A DNA stretch of 64,000 bases, from positions 10,065,231-10,129,230 of the forward strand of contig MU054187.1 of NCBI GenBank assembly GCA_013239625.1, in the 5' to 3' direction. The position numbers were made by a program, and so were the translations under genes. This DNA is from Lama guanicoe. Its lineage: Eukaryota. Under the pieces are notes generated by a model that made no database searches, was not told the DNA's origin, and worked only from the letters and a program-made list of their open reading frames with translations. Positions 15,800-30,299 of this stretch are shown one piece after another; positions within the stretch are counted from its first letter, which is position 1; every line of letters starts with the position of its first letter.

Positions 15800-16065
15800 A
15801 TTACTGCAGCCAACAATTTTTGGGAACTTACTATGTGCCAAGCCCTGTTACATTTTACAGGTACTAACATAAGCCTTGTAACAACCCTATGAGGTTTGTA
15901 CTATCGTATTTCCATTTTAAAGATTAGGAAACTGAGGCACAGAGAGGTTGAATAACTTGCTCAGGGTCTGTATGGCTTCGGTGTGGGGCTAATCTGGTTT
16001 CACTAGGTTTTAAAACTAGGTAATCTAACTCCAGATTCTGATTTTTCAACTACCCTACTACACAG
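15800..16065 (-). mobile_element. MIR SINE
   Basis: MIR core in reverse: ccattttaaagattaggaaactgaggcacagagaggttgaataacttgctcagggtc. Confidence 0.75.
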
Positions 16066-16388
16066 GTGTATCATGAATACTAAGCAAAATGTATTAAATT
16101 TGGGTACTATGAACAACTTCTAGACTTCTAGATTTTATAGCAATTATTAAGAACTATCATGTATTAAGCACCCTCCATGTACCAGAGATGACAGTAAGCC
16201 CTTTATAAAGTGACTTTGTCAAATCACTTCATCATTGCACAATTTATGCATTCCTAGTCTGTGCAAAGCACTGTTATTTGGTATTTTGGTCTAGTTCTCT
16301 GTGGACCAAAGCTCTTTCCATTTTACCAGTAGGAGTAGAAGGGAGAGAATGTGAAATTATTATCTGGAGGTATTTAAAATACTACTTA

Positions 16389-16540
16389 GGAGGAGGGTAT
16401 AGGTCAGTGGTAGAGTGAGTGCTTAGCATGCATGAGGTCCTGGGGTCAATCCTCCGTACTGCCATTAAAAAAAAAACAACCTAATTACCCCTCCAAATGT
16501 AATAAAGTTTAAAAAAGTTTTTAAAAAAACAGAAATAAAA
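16389..16540 (+). mobile_element. tRNA-derived SINE (Vic-1-like) with perfect 14-bp TSD
   Basis: GGAGGAGGGTATAGGTCAGTGGTAGAG...; TSD taaaatactactta at 16375-16388 and 16541-16554. Confidence 0.88.
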
Positions 16541-17989
16541 TAAAATACTACTTAATAAAAGTTCAAAGTCTGATCTTTAAGATCTGCATATGGCTACTAA
16601 ACTTGTACAGTTCACCAATGCACATAATAATTTAAATCATTTCTAGAAATATAGTACAGATGAGAGGGAAATGATGTATTAACTGTTTCAAATCTTCATA
16701 AAAATTTTAAAACTATTTTTTAATTTAAAAACATTATGGTTATTGTTAAAGAAGCTGAGGTGTTGCTAAAAACCAGGTAAGGTAGAAAAAAGATGTGAGG
16801 AAGGGAGAGGTGGCAGTTTTTGTATAAGGTGAATTTCCATTTATAAAATAGTTAGGGAATAGGATATTCCTGTTTAAGAAAAAATATTTTAGTTAAGAAT
16901 ATCAGAGGTAGCGTAACATTTTCAAGAGCCTTGCTTTAATAGCACCTGTCAATAAGATAACTAAGTAACTATGTAACCTTGGGAAACAACCCTCACTTCA
17001 CCAATTAAGTAACTGCAAAGGTCCTTATATTCTAAAACATTGATCAACAATTACGGCTCACATCCTAAAGCCAACCCACCACTTCTTTCCCTACCGCCCA
17101 TGAATTTAAGAATAGTTTTTATAGGTGAGTACCTGTGACCAATTTGATGATAGGGACACTAACTTTGTAGCCCAATGAAGAATGTTATCCTTGCAAAAAA
17201 GAATTCCACTCTTCTCATTAGTAGACCAAGGTTACAAAATTAATACTCAACTGCTACTATTTTGAGTTTCACTAATAAAAAAGTCTGCATAAATTTGTTT
17301 CTCTTGTTAAGTCCTTACACAATATTGTTGACCTTTCCTTTTGGCCTACAAAGCTCTTTACAGAAAAAGTTTGCTGGCTTTTGCTCTAAAACACTAGGTT
17401 CAAAAGATCCTATAGGCTTTATGAACTATTTATTCTGTGATTTCATTATTTTTTAAGTGTCCATATTTAAATAGTCTAATAAAACATACCTAACATAAGC
17501 TACACTAAACATAGTATTTCTCTGCCAATTTAGATGGCACTAAAATATTTATATACATCTATCTACCTTCCCATCTCTTTATTGTAAATATACAAGGCAA
17601 GCACTGTCCAAACTAATCTCAGTAATTTCTTTTAGAAAGCAATAAAAAACACTTTAATTCTCAATGTTTCTAATTTTTGAAGTCAGTTTGCACTAAATAT
17701 AAACTTCACTATTTTTTTATTTTCCTATACGTTTATAACCCACAAAGAGTTTTTAATGTTTTGACAAAATCTTTAAAGGTCAAAGTACAATAACAATTTC
17801 TCCCACTGATTATTAACATAGCTTGAATGTTTTCAGCCTGCGGGGTTATCTTTATGGTCCTGCAAAATGCTTATATTTTTACAGTCTTCTTAAGATCACT
17901 TGTATTCATTTTAATATATTTCCTTTCAAAGCCATTCAAGGCCACTTAAACAGAAAGACACTATCACTAAAAAGAAATTGAGATTAAGA

Positions 17990-18115
17990 GGGGGAGGGTA
18001 TAGCTCAGTCGTAGATTACAAGCTTAGCATGTACAAGGTCATGGGTTCCCAGTAACTCTGTTAAATAAAACAAACAAACAAACCTAGTTTTACCCCCAAC
18101 TAAAAAAAATTTTTT
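17990..18115 (+). mobile_element. tRNA-derived SINE (Vic-1-like)
   Basis: GGGGGAGGGTATAGCTCAGTCGTAG...GCTTAGCATGTACAAGGTC; degenerate TSD aagaaattgagattaa / aagtaatcaagattaa. Confidence 0.82.
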
Positions 18116-18500
18116 AAGTAATCAAGATTAAAAGGACAAGCAGCAATAGGGGAGAGGTAGAGAGATTAAGTATTTACTAAAATACAAAAAGTAACATTAT
18201 AAACCCACAGAACCATAAACAAATCGGAAAAAAATTAAATATGCAATACTACCTTATATTTGTGCAGCAACAGAGTTTAAAACACTCTTCTATACATTAC
18301 CTAGTTGTACCAGTGATTCCTCACTTTGTGGATGAGGAAACTAGATCAGATTAGTTAAATAATGGTTTAAAAGTGATCCGGAAACTAGTTCCTGTAGTCT
18401 TATTACACACTACACATGGTGCTATATTTAAGCAACCCTCCATTAACTGATGTGAGTGAACTGAAAAATTCATTCAACGATGAGCTGAGTACATGGAAAG

Positions 18501-18654
18501 CAGTGGTTCTCAAAGTGTGTGGTCCCAGGACAGGCAGCATCACCAGGTGCCACACCAAACTTCTGAATCAGAAATTATGAGCACGGAGCCCTACAACCTG
18601 TCTTAGTAAGACTTCAAGGGGATTCTAATATACAAACAAGTTTAAGAATCATTG
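18501..18654. mobile_element. MER5A-like hAT MITE
   Basis: CAGTGGTTCTCAAAGTG ... AAGTTTAAGAATCATTG terminal inverted repeats. Confidence 0.75.
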
Positions 18655-18906
18655 CCATGAAGTGGTTAAAAGAAATGAGTGCAAAACAGTCTGGTTTCAT
18701 CCACTATGTCCACAACCATTTACTGGACCTGTAAGACTTCTTAAACTGGTGTTTGAATCCATGCTAAAAAGGAATTTCTTTTCAGTTTTTTTTTTAACTT
18801 ATAATAAATGTCTAGTAACAGTCTTTGAGGAAACTATTTCTCTAATGAATCAGGACTTGAAAATAGTTTGCTTCAGGCTGGCCTTTAATAGTAGAATCAA
18901 GACATA

Positions 18907-19085
18907 CAACTGACTCTTGAACAAGGCGGGGGTTAAATTATCATCAGCCCTCCATTTCTGCTGTTCCTCTGCATCCCTGATTTAACCAACCACGACTGTG
19001 TAGTACTGTAGTACTTACTATTGAAAAATATCCATATATAAGTGGACCCATGCAGTTCAAACCCATGCTGTTCCAGGGTCAACTG
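18907..19085. mobile_element. Tigger2-family MITE, TA TSD
   Basis: TA|CAACTGACTCTTGAACA ... TGTTCCAGGGTCAACTG|TA. Confidence 0.8.
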
Positions 19086-20355
19086 TAAACTAATTAATTT
19101 CCTATTATTAAAGGAAAAACACCCAGAAGAAAAAAAATATTAAACATTCAAATTAAGAAGTAGCACACTCAAACCAAAAACTACTTGGTGCTTAATTGTA
19201 AAATATTCTCCTGTTAAAGTCAGAATAATCATGACAAGGATGACCACAAATAGCAAAATATTTTTGACATTGCTCGGGAAAACACTAGAGAATGCAAATA
19301 GACAATACTGAATGTGATAAGAAAAGTCATCACTCTTGAGCTGAAATAAGATAAAAATCAGATACTGGATTTGTTTGTTTAGTGATATTTAAGCTTTTAA
19401 ACTATATAGTCATAGCCCTTAAACTTTATTACTGAAATTCTTTCAGGAATTATTTCCTCTATAGCCATTAACTCCACCTAACCCTATTTTTATACAATTT
19501 TTTAAATCTTAGAAACATAACCACTGTATTATATATAGAAGGAAAGATTAAAATGAAAGGAAATGCATCATTGTAAACTAGCATAGAAAATACAGATTTT
19601 ACAGTATTTTGAAAGAAATGCAAGTTTTATTCCTTTCAAGAACATTAAGTTACTGGAACCAACCTGACAACAGTTGATAAGGCACAGGACTTCTCTAATG
19701 AACAAGAAAGAATAATTTATTAAAAAAAAACCGATCAACTTGCTTAGCAGCTTTCTTTTCCCCCCGACAGTATACAAATATAAACTTCAAAATAATATTT
19801 ATATGGATTCAACAAATTCTATTATCTATATACTATGCAAGACTTAGACCATTTTGTCTTACAGTACAGCCTGAAGAGCCAACAGTTTTTACTCAATGCA
19901 AACTAAACTGGTAAACTAAGAATAACGATTAAAAGTCAAATGAAGAGTTTTTAATCATCACATTAGAACTTACACACATCCAATGTGTTGTCTCCGTCAA
20001 AGCAGTGGGAGGTTACGCATCAATTATAATACTGCCAGTATTCAAAAATATTTGTGGAATTCATTGTTTGCAGTTCTTTCCTGCCTGCTTCCTTCTTCTA
20101 AATGAATAACCTCACAGAAGGAAAAATCTCTAGAAAGGGAATCAGATTCTAACCACCAATTAACCACAAGTGGCTTGGAGCCAAGTATCAAGAACGGTTA
20201 TGTGACTGCAAAACAAAAGTTCTTAACTTCAGTGCTTCTGTGAACTATGTCAAATTATACAAATTTTGGTCATGCTTCATTTTAAGCGACTGGGATGTTC
20301 AAGTGGCAGTATTTAGCAAGCACTAAGGCATATAAACGTGAAGATCAGGAGATAG

Positions 20356-20965
20356 TGTGGCAGACTGGATTTTCCAAAATGGTCACTATGTTATCTCCCA
20401 CTCCACATGTCCTTCTGCAAAGTGACCTTGCCACACCCAACCAAAAGAGAGAGCCTAATTAATTCCAAACCCCTAGCCCCTTGAATACAGGCTGGCCTTA
20501 GAGATTCATTTTCAACCAGTCGAATACAGTGGAAGTCACAACGAACAACTGTCAAGATTAAGTCAGAAAACGCCTACCAGCCCCTGCCAGATTCTCCTGC
20601 AATGCCGGGTCTCCAGACACCCACCCTTGGAACCCGAAGGCTGTGATGTGAGAAGCCCAAGTCACATGGAGGCCATATGCAAGTGTTTCAGTCAACAATC
20701 TTAGCTGAGCCCAGCTTTCAAGTCATCACAGCCCAGGTGCCAGACATGTGAGCAAGGAGGCCTCCAGAGGTTTCCGGTTCCCAGCCATCTACATCTCCCC
20801 CAGTCATTTGAGTCTTCCCAGCTGAGGCTCCAGACGTTGTGAAGCAGCAACATGCCTTTCCTGAATTCCTTGATACAGAGAATTTGAGAGCTAAAGAAAA
20901 TGGTCACTGAGTTACACCACCAAGTCCTGGGGTGGTTCATTACACAGCAATCGATAACTGGAACA
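20356..20965 (+). mobile_element. MLT1-family solo LTR
   Basis: TGTGGCAGACTG...CCAAAATGG start; TTACACAGCAATCGATAACTGGAACA end. Confidence 0.75.
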
Positions 20966-22476
20966 AGAAAGGGTGGGTAAGGAGACTTGAGAATAGGGTT
21001 TGAAATAACTCCTTGGCAAACAGGAGAGACACCTAACTGAAGGGCATAAAAAAACTGCTAGGAACATGGAAAGTCCTAGCATGTTCTGAGCGTTTAGATA
21101 AGGAAATCAGATGGCTAAAAGCTACGGTGCTTAATAAAATGCAGCCAGAATTTGTCCCTTAAACCCTTGTAACATACTCATCAGGCTCCTTAGAATCTGG
21201 AGGTCCTGTGCAAAATCAGTTTGCAAAATTATGACTAAAGCATATATAAACAGTTGATATCTATGGAAGTACAAAGTAATTTAAAACAAAATACCAATTT
21301 AAGTTTCTTTTTTAGCACCCAGAAAACAGTCAAAAAGATAACTTTTTCTTATGCTACGACCATCACTGCCTCTACGTCCCATCCTATTTAGCAGAAGCAA
21401 AAAGATGCAATGGGAACATTCAGCTGGGATCAACTAGGATTTGCTTGTACAATGAATATTCACTAATATGAATTAACAGATGTTCACAGGTACTAAAATG
21501 ATGATTGCAGAACTGATAAAAGTACGTAAGTTCTGATATTCTCAAAAAAACTTTTAAAAATTCTGGAAAAGGAAGGTGCAATGCACAGTAACGTGTGCTT
21601 TGACACCAGAGTGAAGGCTAAATGAATATTTCATATCATAAGATTTTACTTATTGCCTTGTTTTACAGTAAAAACTGTCACAGCCACTAATGCAATACTT
21701 AGTATTCTTTCATGCAACTTAGAAAGTTTACTAACCATGTATTTGCAACCATTTTTCCCTGAGCTAAGCTAAATTCTACCTTATAGCATTCCATAAAAGG
21801 AAACAAGTACCATAAACCAAATTACAGAAAGTTTCCCTTAAGTGAATGTACTTTATATGTACTTTTAGTAGAATCCATTACTTCCAAAATTACTGGCAAA
21901 CAGAATGCTGATTCTTTTACCAAACTGAAAAAAAAAAAAAACCTACATACACAAGCATGTATGATGTAGGAAGCTGAGCAGTCCTTTAGATTTCCAAATT
22001 TCCTGCTGAATTTCAAATAAATGTTACCTTATTATTGTCAGGGCTATACTGGCTTGGCTATTTTATGAAATATGAAAGGGAGAATAGATTTTCATTCAAA
22101 AGCCAATATTCCTGCCCTCCCTGACAAAAGCCAGAAGACCCCCAATTTGATAATATGGTCTCAGAGGATGTGTCAAAAAGGAATGCAAAATTATGACTGC
22201 AATCATTCTATTACAATTCTCCTCAATGGTTTGCATACCAGTAAAATTTCAGAATAAAGGTGAAAAGTGAAGTTTCCACCAGAATACAGCAAAAGCCAAC
22301 TAAAGGGGAGTGACTGGATTCAAATGAAAACTAGACACACGAATAGCATTTAGCTTACAAATAACTCAAACCTAGAATTTAAGTTTAATTTGATATTTAA
22401 AAGACATTTAACTACTTTTAACAGAAAAGCCCTGTACAACTTTTAGACCCTGATCTCTGGCCAAAGATAACGTGTA

Positions 22477-23274
22477 CAGTACTCCCCCCTTATCCACGGT
22501 TTCACTTTAGCCACAGTCAAATGCAGCCTAAAAATATTAAATGGAAAATTTGAGAAATAAATAATCCTAAGTTCTAAATTGCATGACTTTCTGAGTAGTG
22601 TGATGGAATCTTGTGCCATCCCACACCATCTTGCTCTGTCCCACTCAGGACATGAATCATCCCTTCAGTGTATCCTGCCCTTAGTCACTCAGTAGCCCTC
22701 TCATTATCAGGATCAACTGTCATAGACAGTATCGCAGTGCTGTGTTCAAGCAACCCTCATTTTACTACCAGTAAATGCCCGAGAGTGCAAGAGTAGTGAC
22801 GCTGGCAATTTGGACATGCTAAAGAGAAGTTTTTTTTTTTTTTTAAGTGAAAGGTGTAAGTTCCCTTGACTTAATAAGGAAAGAAAAAAGAAGAATGCTG
22901 TGGTTGCTAAGATCTATGGTAAAATGAATCTTCTACTCAAACTGTGAAGAAAGAAAAAGAAACTCGTGCTAATTTTGCTGTTGCACCTCAAACTGCAAAA
23001 GTTACAGCCACAGTGTGTTAAATGCTTAGTTAAGATGGAAAAGGTATTTGAGAGACCATATTTACATAATCTTATTACCTTATATTGTTTTAACTGTTCT
23101 ATTTTATTATTGTTGTTGTTAATCTCTTCCTATGCCTAATTTATAAATTAAACTGTATCACAGGTATGTTGCATCGGTAAAAACATAGTAGACAGAGGGC
23201 TCAGTACTACCCACCGTTTCAGGTATCCACTGGGGATCTTGGAACATGTGACCTGAAGATACGAGTTACTACTG
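22477..23274. mobile_element. MER44/Tigger7-family DNA transposon, TA TSD
   Basis: TA|CAGTACTCCCCCTTATCCACGG ... GAAGATACGAGTTACTACTG|TA; internal AAAATATTAAATGGAAAATT motif. Confidence 0.8.
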
Positions 23275-24626
23275 TAAATTAAGGTCTCTAGTGCACTTAA
23301 TTTTTCCATGATAAATAACTTAAAACTAGAATAAAAAATTGCAATGGGCTGAAACAGTTCCTTCAATGTGTGGTAGGTACATCAATGATATTGAGATCCA
23401 TGAGAGATGTCTTCTAAGATAATGACAGTTGTTGATTAGCTCACCAAAATCACATGAAAAGGAACAACTCTAATAAACAGCAAAACACCTTCTATTTGTG
23501 TAGCATTTTACAATTAAGAGCAGTTTACATATTAATTCTTAGAACAGGAGGCAGTATTACCAACATGTCCACTTAACAGATTAAAAAACCTGAAGTGACT
23601 TACTCAAGCTGACAAGAGTATGGAATGATCTAAGTGTGATTTTGGGAAGAAACAAGCCTAAATCAAATGGCTGAATTTCAATGACTTATTAACTGAAAAT
23701 AATATTAATTTTAGAATGATGTTACTGTAGTTTTCCAATGTCCCCATAAAAGTTCTAAAAAACAAGAAGCCACCGTGCTGCCTATTAATTCAGAAACAGA
23801 AAAAAATCCTGCTATTTTGAAAACCAAAACTAGAAAGATGATTTGAATAATAAATATTTCAAATCAATAATTTTCTTTCCATTTCAGACTATGTATAAAA
23901 TACTTTAAATAAAATACAAAATAAATACCTTAATAGCATTCAGATCAAGTCCCTGCCTAATGATAGTAAAGAAATAAATATAGGTAAGCCAAATATAAAG
24001 AAAATTCACTAAGTGAAAAAAAAAACATTTAGAGAAATTATGAATTATGAAAATGATCCTTTAATGGAACTTAATATTTGGACAGAAAAGAATGCAGGGG
24101 CTGTTCACTATCAACAACTTACAGTGACTACACTGAAAATCAACAAGAACAGTTATTGTTCTCAGTGTTCACACCCCTACTGGTACATAAACCACCAGAC
24201 ATTTCATAGATTCTGCTCAATGTCAGATATGCAGAAGCAGCAGCTATGGGATCATGGAAAGAATAACGCACTGTTAAGTCAGGGCCTTGGGTTCTATTTC
24301 ACACTTAGCTGTACAAGTGACATACAGTAGAGAGAAATGAGTTAGAGGCCCTGAAAGACTGAGAGTCAAACCCAGGTCTGCCATTATCTACCTTTCTACA
24401 CCTCAGTTTACAAATTTTTCAAACAGGGATGATAATATTTAGTTGTCTGTCTCATAAGAATATTAGGAGCATCAAAGAGGTGTTTACACTGCTTTGTCTG
24501 GGGCTGAGGTTTTTTTTTTTTTGAGAAAAGTTTTAAATGTGAAAAAGTACAAACAACAATATGATAAATATCCAGTAAGCAACCACTTCCAAGTTTGATT
24601 TTATGAAAGCATTTCACAAATGTATA

Positions 24627-26950
24627 CAAGCATACCTCAGAGATCTTGTGGGTCATTATAAAGTCACATTAATCTTTGGTTTCCTCATGTATATAAAAAT
24701 TATGTTTATACTACATTGTAATCTATTAAGTGTGCAATAGCATTATGCTTAAAAAAACCATGTTCATACCCTTATTAAAAAACACTATTCCTAAAAAAAA
24801 AAATTGCTATCAGTCATCAGAACCTTCACCTGGTGGAGGGTCTTGCCTCGATGTTGATGGCTGCTGACTGATCAGGGTGGTGGTTGCTGCAGGGTGGGGT
24901 GGCTGTGGCAACTTCTTAAAATAAGGTAACAATGAAGTTGGCCACGTTGATTGACTCTTCCTTTCAGGAATAATTTCTCAGTGGCATGCAATGCTGTTTG
25001 ACAGTATTTCACTTATAGACGAACTTTCAAAATGGAGCCAATCCTCTCAAACCTTACCACTGCTTTATCAACAAAGTTTATATTATAATATATATCATTT
25101 GTTGTCCTTCCAACAATCTTCATAGCATCTTCACTCGGAACAGGTTCCAGCTCAAGAAACTACTTTCTTTGCTCATCCCTAAGCAGCAGCTCCTCATCTG
25201 TTAAAGCTCTATCATGGGATTGCAGCAATTCAGTCACATCTTCAGGCTCCACTTCTAATTCTAGTTCTCTTGCTGTTTCCAGCACATCTGTAGCTACTTT
25301 ATCTCCTGAAGCGTTGAACCACTCAAAAGTCATCCATGAGGGTTGGAATCAACTTCTTTCCAATCTCCTGTTAATAGTGATATTTTGATCTCTTCCCATG
25401 AAACATGAATGTTCTTAATGGCATCTAGAATGGTGAATCCCTTCCAGAAGGTTTTCACTTACTTTGCCCAGATCCATCAGAGGATGGCAGGTACTACTAT
25501 GGCAGGTATAGCCTCACAAAATGTATTTCTTTAATAATAAGACTCAGAAGTGGAAATTACTTCTTGATTCGTGGGCTGCAGAACGGATGCTGTGTTATTA
25601 ACAGACATGAAAGCAACATTAATCTCACTGTACATCTCCATCAGAGCTCCTGGGTGACCAGGTACACTGTCAATGAGCAGTAATATCTTGAAAGGCATCT
25701 ATTTTTCCCTGAGAAGCAGGTCTCAACAGTAGGCTTAAAATACTCAGCAAACCGTGCTGTAAACAGATGTGCTGTCATCTAGGCTTTGTCGCTACACTTA
25801 TAGAGCACAGGCAGATTAGATTCATCATGATTCTCAAGGGTCCTAGGATTTTGAGAATGGTAAATAAGCACTGGCTTTACCTTAAAAGTCACCAGCTGCA
25901 GGAGCCCCTAACAAGAGGGCCAGCCTGTCCTTTGACGCTTTGAAACCAGGCACTGACCTCTCCTCTCTAGTTATCAAAGTCCTAGCTGGCATCTTTTTCC
26001 AATATAAGGCTGTTACATCTACATTTTAGTGTAACCACCGTCACTCACAATCTGAGCTAGATCCTCTGGATGACTTGCTGCAGCTTCTACAGCAACACTT
26101 ACTGCTTCACCTTGCACTTTCATATCATGGAGACAGCTTCTTTTCTTAAACCTCGTGAACCAACATTTGCTAACTTCAAACTTTTCTTCTGCGGCTTTCT
26201 CACCTCTCTCCGCCTTCAAAGAACTGAAAAAAGTTAGCACCTTGCTCTAGATTAGGCTCTGGCGTAAGGGAATGCGGTGGCTGGTTTGATCTTCTATTCA
26301 GACCACTAAAATCTTCACATCAGCAATAAGGCTGTTTTGCTTTCCTATCATTTGAGTTCACTGGAGTAGCACTTTTAATTTCCTTCAACTTTTCCTTTGC
26401 ATTCACAACTTGGCTAACTGTCTGGTACAAAGGCATAGCTTACGGTCTCTCTCAGCTTTCAACATGCCTTCCTCACTAAACTTAATCATTTCTGTGAATT
26501 TAAAGTGAGAGACATGTGACTCTTCCTTTCACTTGAACACACAGAGTCCATTATAGGGATATTAACTGGCTTAATTTTAATAGGGAGGCCAGAGGAGAGG
26601 GAGAGACCAGAGCACGGCCAATTGGTGGAGCAGCTGAACACACACATACACATTATTAAGTCTGCTGTCTAATGTGGGTATGATTCTTGGTGCCCCAAAA
26701 CAATCACAAGAGTAACATCAAAGATCACTAATCAGAGATCACCACAACAAATACAATAATAATGAAGAAGTCTGAAATATTGCGAGAATTACCAAAATGT
26801 GACACAGTGACACAAAGTGAGCAAATGCTTTTTGAAAAATGGCACTGGTAGACTTGCTCAAAGCAGGGTTACCACAAACCTTCAATATGTAGAAAATGCA
26901 ATGTCTGCAAAGCACAATAAAGCAAACAGCAATAAAACAAGGTATCCCTG
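24627..26950 (-). mobile_element. Near full-length Tigger1 DNA transposon with decayed transposase
   Basis: TIRs CAAGCATACCTC / (rc) CAGGGATACCTTG, TA on both sides; ORF 26019..26240 ([33 protein letters not shown]...[13 protein letters not shown]) is Tigger1/TIGD1-like; early stop after the ATG at 26551. Confidence 0.92.
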
Positions 26951-27419
26951 TATACTCTATTTAAGAAAATGGGCCCTTCAGTTTTATGCACCAGTGCATT
27001 TTTTGGTTCTTGTCACATGCTGCATGAAATAATAACACCTAATGTCTACTGAGCAGTTACCAAGTGCCAGGTTCCACTGCAAGTGCTTTAAAATACCTTA
27101 AGTCCTCCAGTAACTCTGAGACAGATGTTCTTACTGTTCTGACTGTATGCGTGAGAAAACTGACAGAGATACCTAAGTGACACACCCAAGGTCACACAGT
27201 GATAGGGCCAATGCTACTAAAACTGTATTACCATACTGATAGCAGATAATAAATAAATGTTGAATAAATAAAAGAATGATCATAAAATTGAGTTAGAGGA
27301 AATAAGTTACACATGAAACAAAAAAATTCAAGCTACTTCCAGGCCACTGATACGGATAAAGGACAGTCTACGGACCTTAAGAAAAATTTCTAAAATTCAG
27401 AAACAGGTCTATGACAAAT

Positions 27420-27600
27420 ATCTTTCAATAATGCAGGGATTAATTTGTTTATAACTTACAGTCAGCCCTCTGTATCTGCAGTTCCTCTGTGTCCACTGAT
27501 TCAACCAACCATGGACCGTGTAGTACTGTAATATTTACTACTGAAAAATACGCACGTGTAAGTGGACCCGTACAAACCTATGTTGTTCAAGGGTCAATTG
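27420..27600. mobile_element. Tigger2-family MITE
   Basis: Same body as 18907-19085; ends TGTTGTTCAAGGGTCAATTG|TA. Confidence 0.72.
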
Positions 27601-28039
27601 TAATTTGCCTCACACGGAGAAAATGAGCTGCCATGTTCCTAGGCAATGGCTAACCTCTTTTATTAGGTAAGTGACTCACCTTCTCAGACCAGCCTTGAAA
27701 ACTAGTATACACCATATTTAAATTTGTGCCTCAAAAAAAAACCCAAAATTATATATCCATATCAAAAGCTCAATAGTCCAAACTGCAAATTTTTAAGTCC
27801 ATTAATGCCATGATCTTTCTACTTTTTAAAATAACTAAGCACTAAGTTTCAAAGGACAAGAGACCAAGAGAGTAGGAAGTAGTAAGTAACAGATAATCAA
27901 GAAAGTCCTCAAAAGAAGGTGGTATTTACGCTAAATCTTGAAGGACAAGAATTTAGGGAGATATAAGGTAGTGAAAAAGAAAGGAATGACAAAGAGCAAG
28001 CAAGAGAAGAGCTGAATGCTCACAGGGTATCATTAAGTC

Positions 28040-28925
28040 AGTAAAGACATATAGCCCTCAATAAATGAGGACAAACAACCCAATTAAAAAATGGAGCAAA
28101 AGATTTGAACAGATTATACCAAATAAAATACATGAATGGTTAATGCTAATAGACACATAAAAAGATGCTTAACATCATTAGTCAAGGGAAATGCAACTCA
28201 AAAACACAATGAGATGCCATTTCATAGCACTACAATGACTATTCCGTGTTCTAGAGATACACAATAACAAATGTTGGTAAGGATAGGGAGAAATGGGAAC
28301 CCTCAACATTGCTAGAGGAAAATGCTGCAGCCACTTTGGAAAACAGCTGGCAATTTCTTAAAAGGTTAAACATAAGTTTGCCATATAACCTAGTAATTGC
28401 AGTTTTAGGCACCTATCCAGAAGAAATCAAAATATACATCCATATAAAGACTTGCACATAAATGCTAAAGGATTATTCATAATCACCATAAAATAGAAAT
28501 AATCTAAATGTTCACCAACAAGTAAATCAATAAACAGAATATCAAGTCCATACAACAGAATGCTATTCAGCAATAAAAAGGAACTAAATACAGACACACG
28601 GTAGAGCATGGACAAAACTTAAAAACATACTAAGAAAAAAAGTCATATACATAAGATTATATACTGTATGATTCAGTTTACATGAAATATCCTGAAAAGG
28701 CAAATCTAGAGACAGAAAGTAGGTAAGGGGTGGCATGGGGATTAACAGTTAATGGACATGAGGAATTTTATGAAAGTGATAGAAATGTTCTGAAACTGAT
28801 TTATGATGATGGTTGCACAACACAGTAAATTTACTAAAAGAAAAAAACACTATTGAGTTGTACACTTAAAATGGGTGAACTATATATGTAATATATGTCT
28901 CAAAAAAGTTATATTAAAAAAAGAT
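28040..28925 (+). mobile_element. Old L1 (L1MB/ME-type) ORF2 end plus 3' UTR
   Basis: aaagatttgaacaga...gcagccactttggaaaacag...tgtacacttaaaatgggtgaac, A-rich end. Confidence 0.8.
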
Positions 28926-30299
28926 ATGTAAGGATCTATAACAGTTGAGAACAAATGATATTTTATGTATATTCTATAACTGAGTGGCTCAGCTAAAGCA
29001 ACTTAGCTAAAATGTAGGTTGTCTGCCAGCAAAGGCAAAAAAAAAAGCCCCTATAACTCCAAAATGGTGCTATGCATGCTCCAGTCAATATTAGGAGGCA
29101 AATTTTTGTTATCCAAAAATTATTTCCTCCAAAAAAAAGAGTCATCTTATTCTTGAGTTCTTTTTAAGTCTTCCATTTCGCAGTGTACTCTTTCATTCTA
29201 ACAGTTTCTAGAAACTTTTTATTATGAAAAATTCCAAACACATTCAACAGTAGAGAAAAAAATTATATAATGAACCCTCATTTCCCATTAACCACCTTCA
29301 GTAATTACCTTGTTTCATTTATACCCTCCATCCACCTCATGCTCCCCCCACCAATGAATTCAATTAAAGCAAACTCCAGACATATCATTTAATTTATAAA
29401 TATTTCAGTATGAAGTTAACTTTTAAATTTCTTTTAAAAAAAATTACAAAAGTAACCATGATCAGTTCAGAAAATAGAAAATACAGAAGTACGTAAAGGA
29501 GAAAAAAAGCACCATCAATAATCCCACAATATAAAAATAAATCCAGCTAATACTACAACATACAGTATTTTTAGGGTAAACTTTTAATTAAAGTATAATA
29601 TACGTGGTAGAAGGCATACAAGTTACGTGCTCAGTTCAATAGATTTTCTTTTGCAAATATACCTGTGTAACTGTCACTTCACTCTGAAAAACCAAATGGC
29701 TTAAGCAACTATTTTAATATTATGTAGGTACTTACAGGTTTTCTACATAAATTACATATACATCTCTTTGTCAACCACAATGTAAGGGAGAAGAACTTAA
29801 CATTTAGTGACTATATATACTGTCTCATTTAACTCTATAAAAACTCTATGAAATAGGCATTACAGATGAAGAAAAGAGACCCAGAGACTTGATAACATTG
29901 TCTCAGATCTAATAAATAAAAGAATTCAGATTAGAACTTAAAACAGCCTATCAGGGGTTTTTCTACCATACCATGGCATCTACCTAAACACTACAAAGAA
30001 AACAAAAAGAACACTGGTCCTTCTCTCTTATTCTAAGATTACCTGTTCTTTCTGCTTTTTATACAACACTAAAGGCCACCATAGACAATTTAAACAGTAA
30101 TGTAATTTTTATAAAAGTAGCATAAGTAAAAGAAGTACAATGTGTGTGCAATATTGCAGAAAGCCTAAGGAGGTCACCAAAGTGAAAAAAGAAGTCTAAC
30201 AATCAAACAACTCAAATTTTTTTTAAGATGTTATCTGTTTATTAGCAACTTCTACTAACAAGTTTTCTTTATCTTTCTAAAACTAATATTAAAAGATGC

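Noticed and set aside
26019..26240. Transposase-like ORF as a possible TIGD gene
   Set aside because: Short fragment inside a TIR-bounded Tigger1 whose transposase frame is interrupted.
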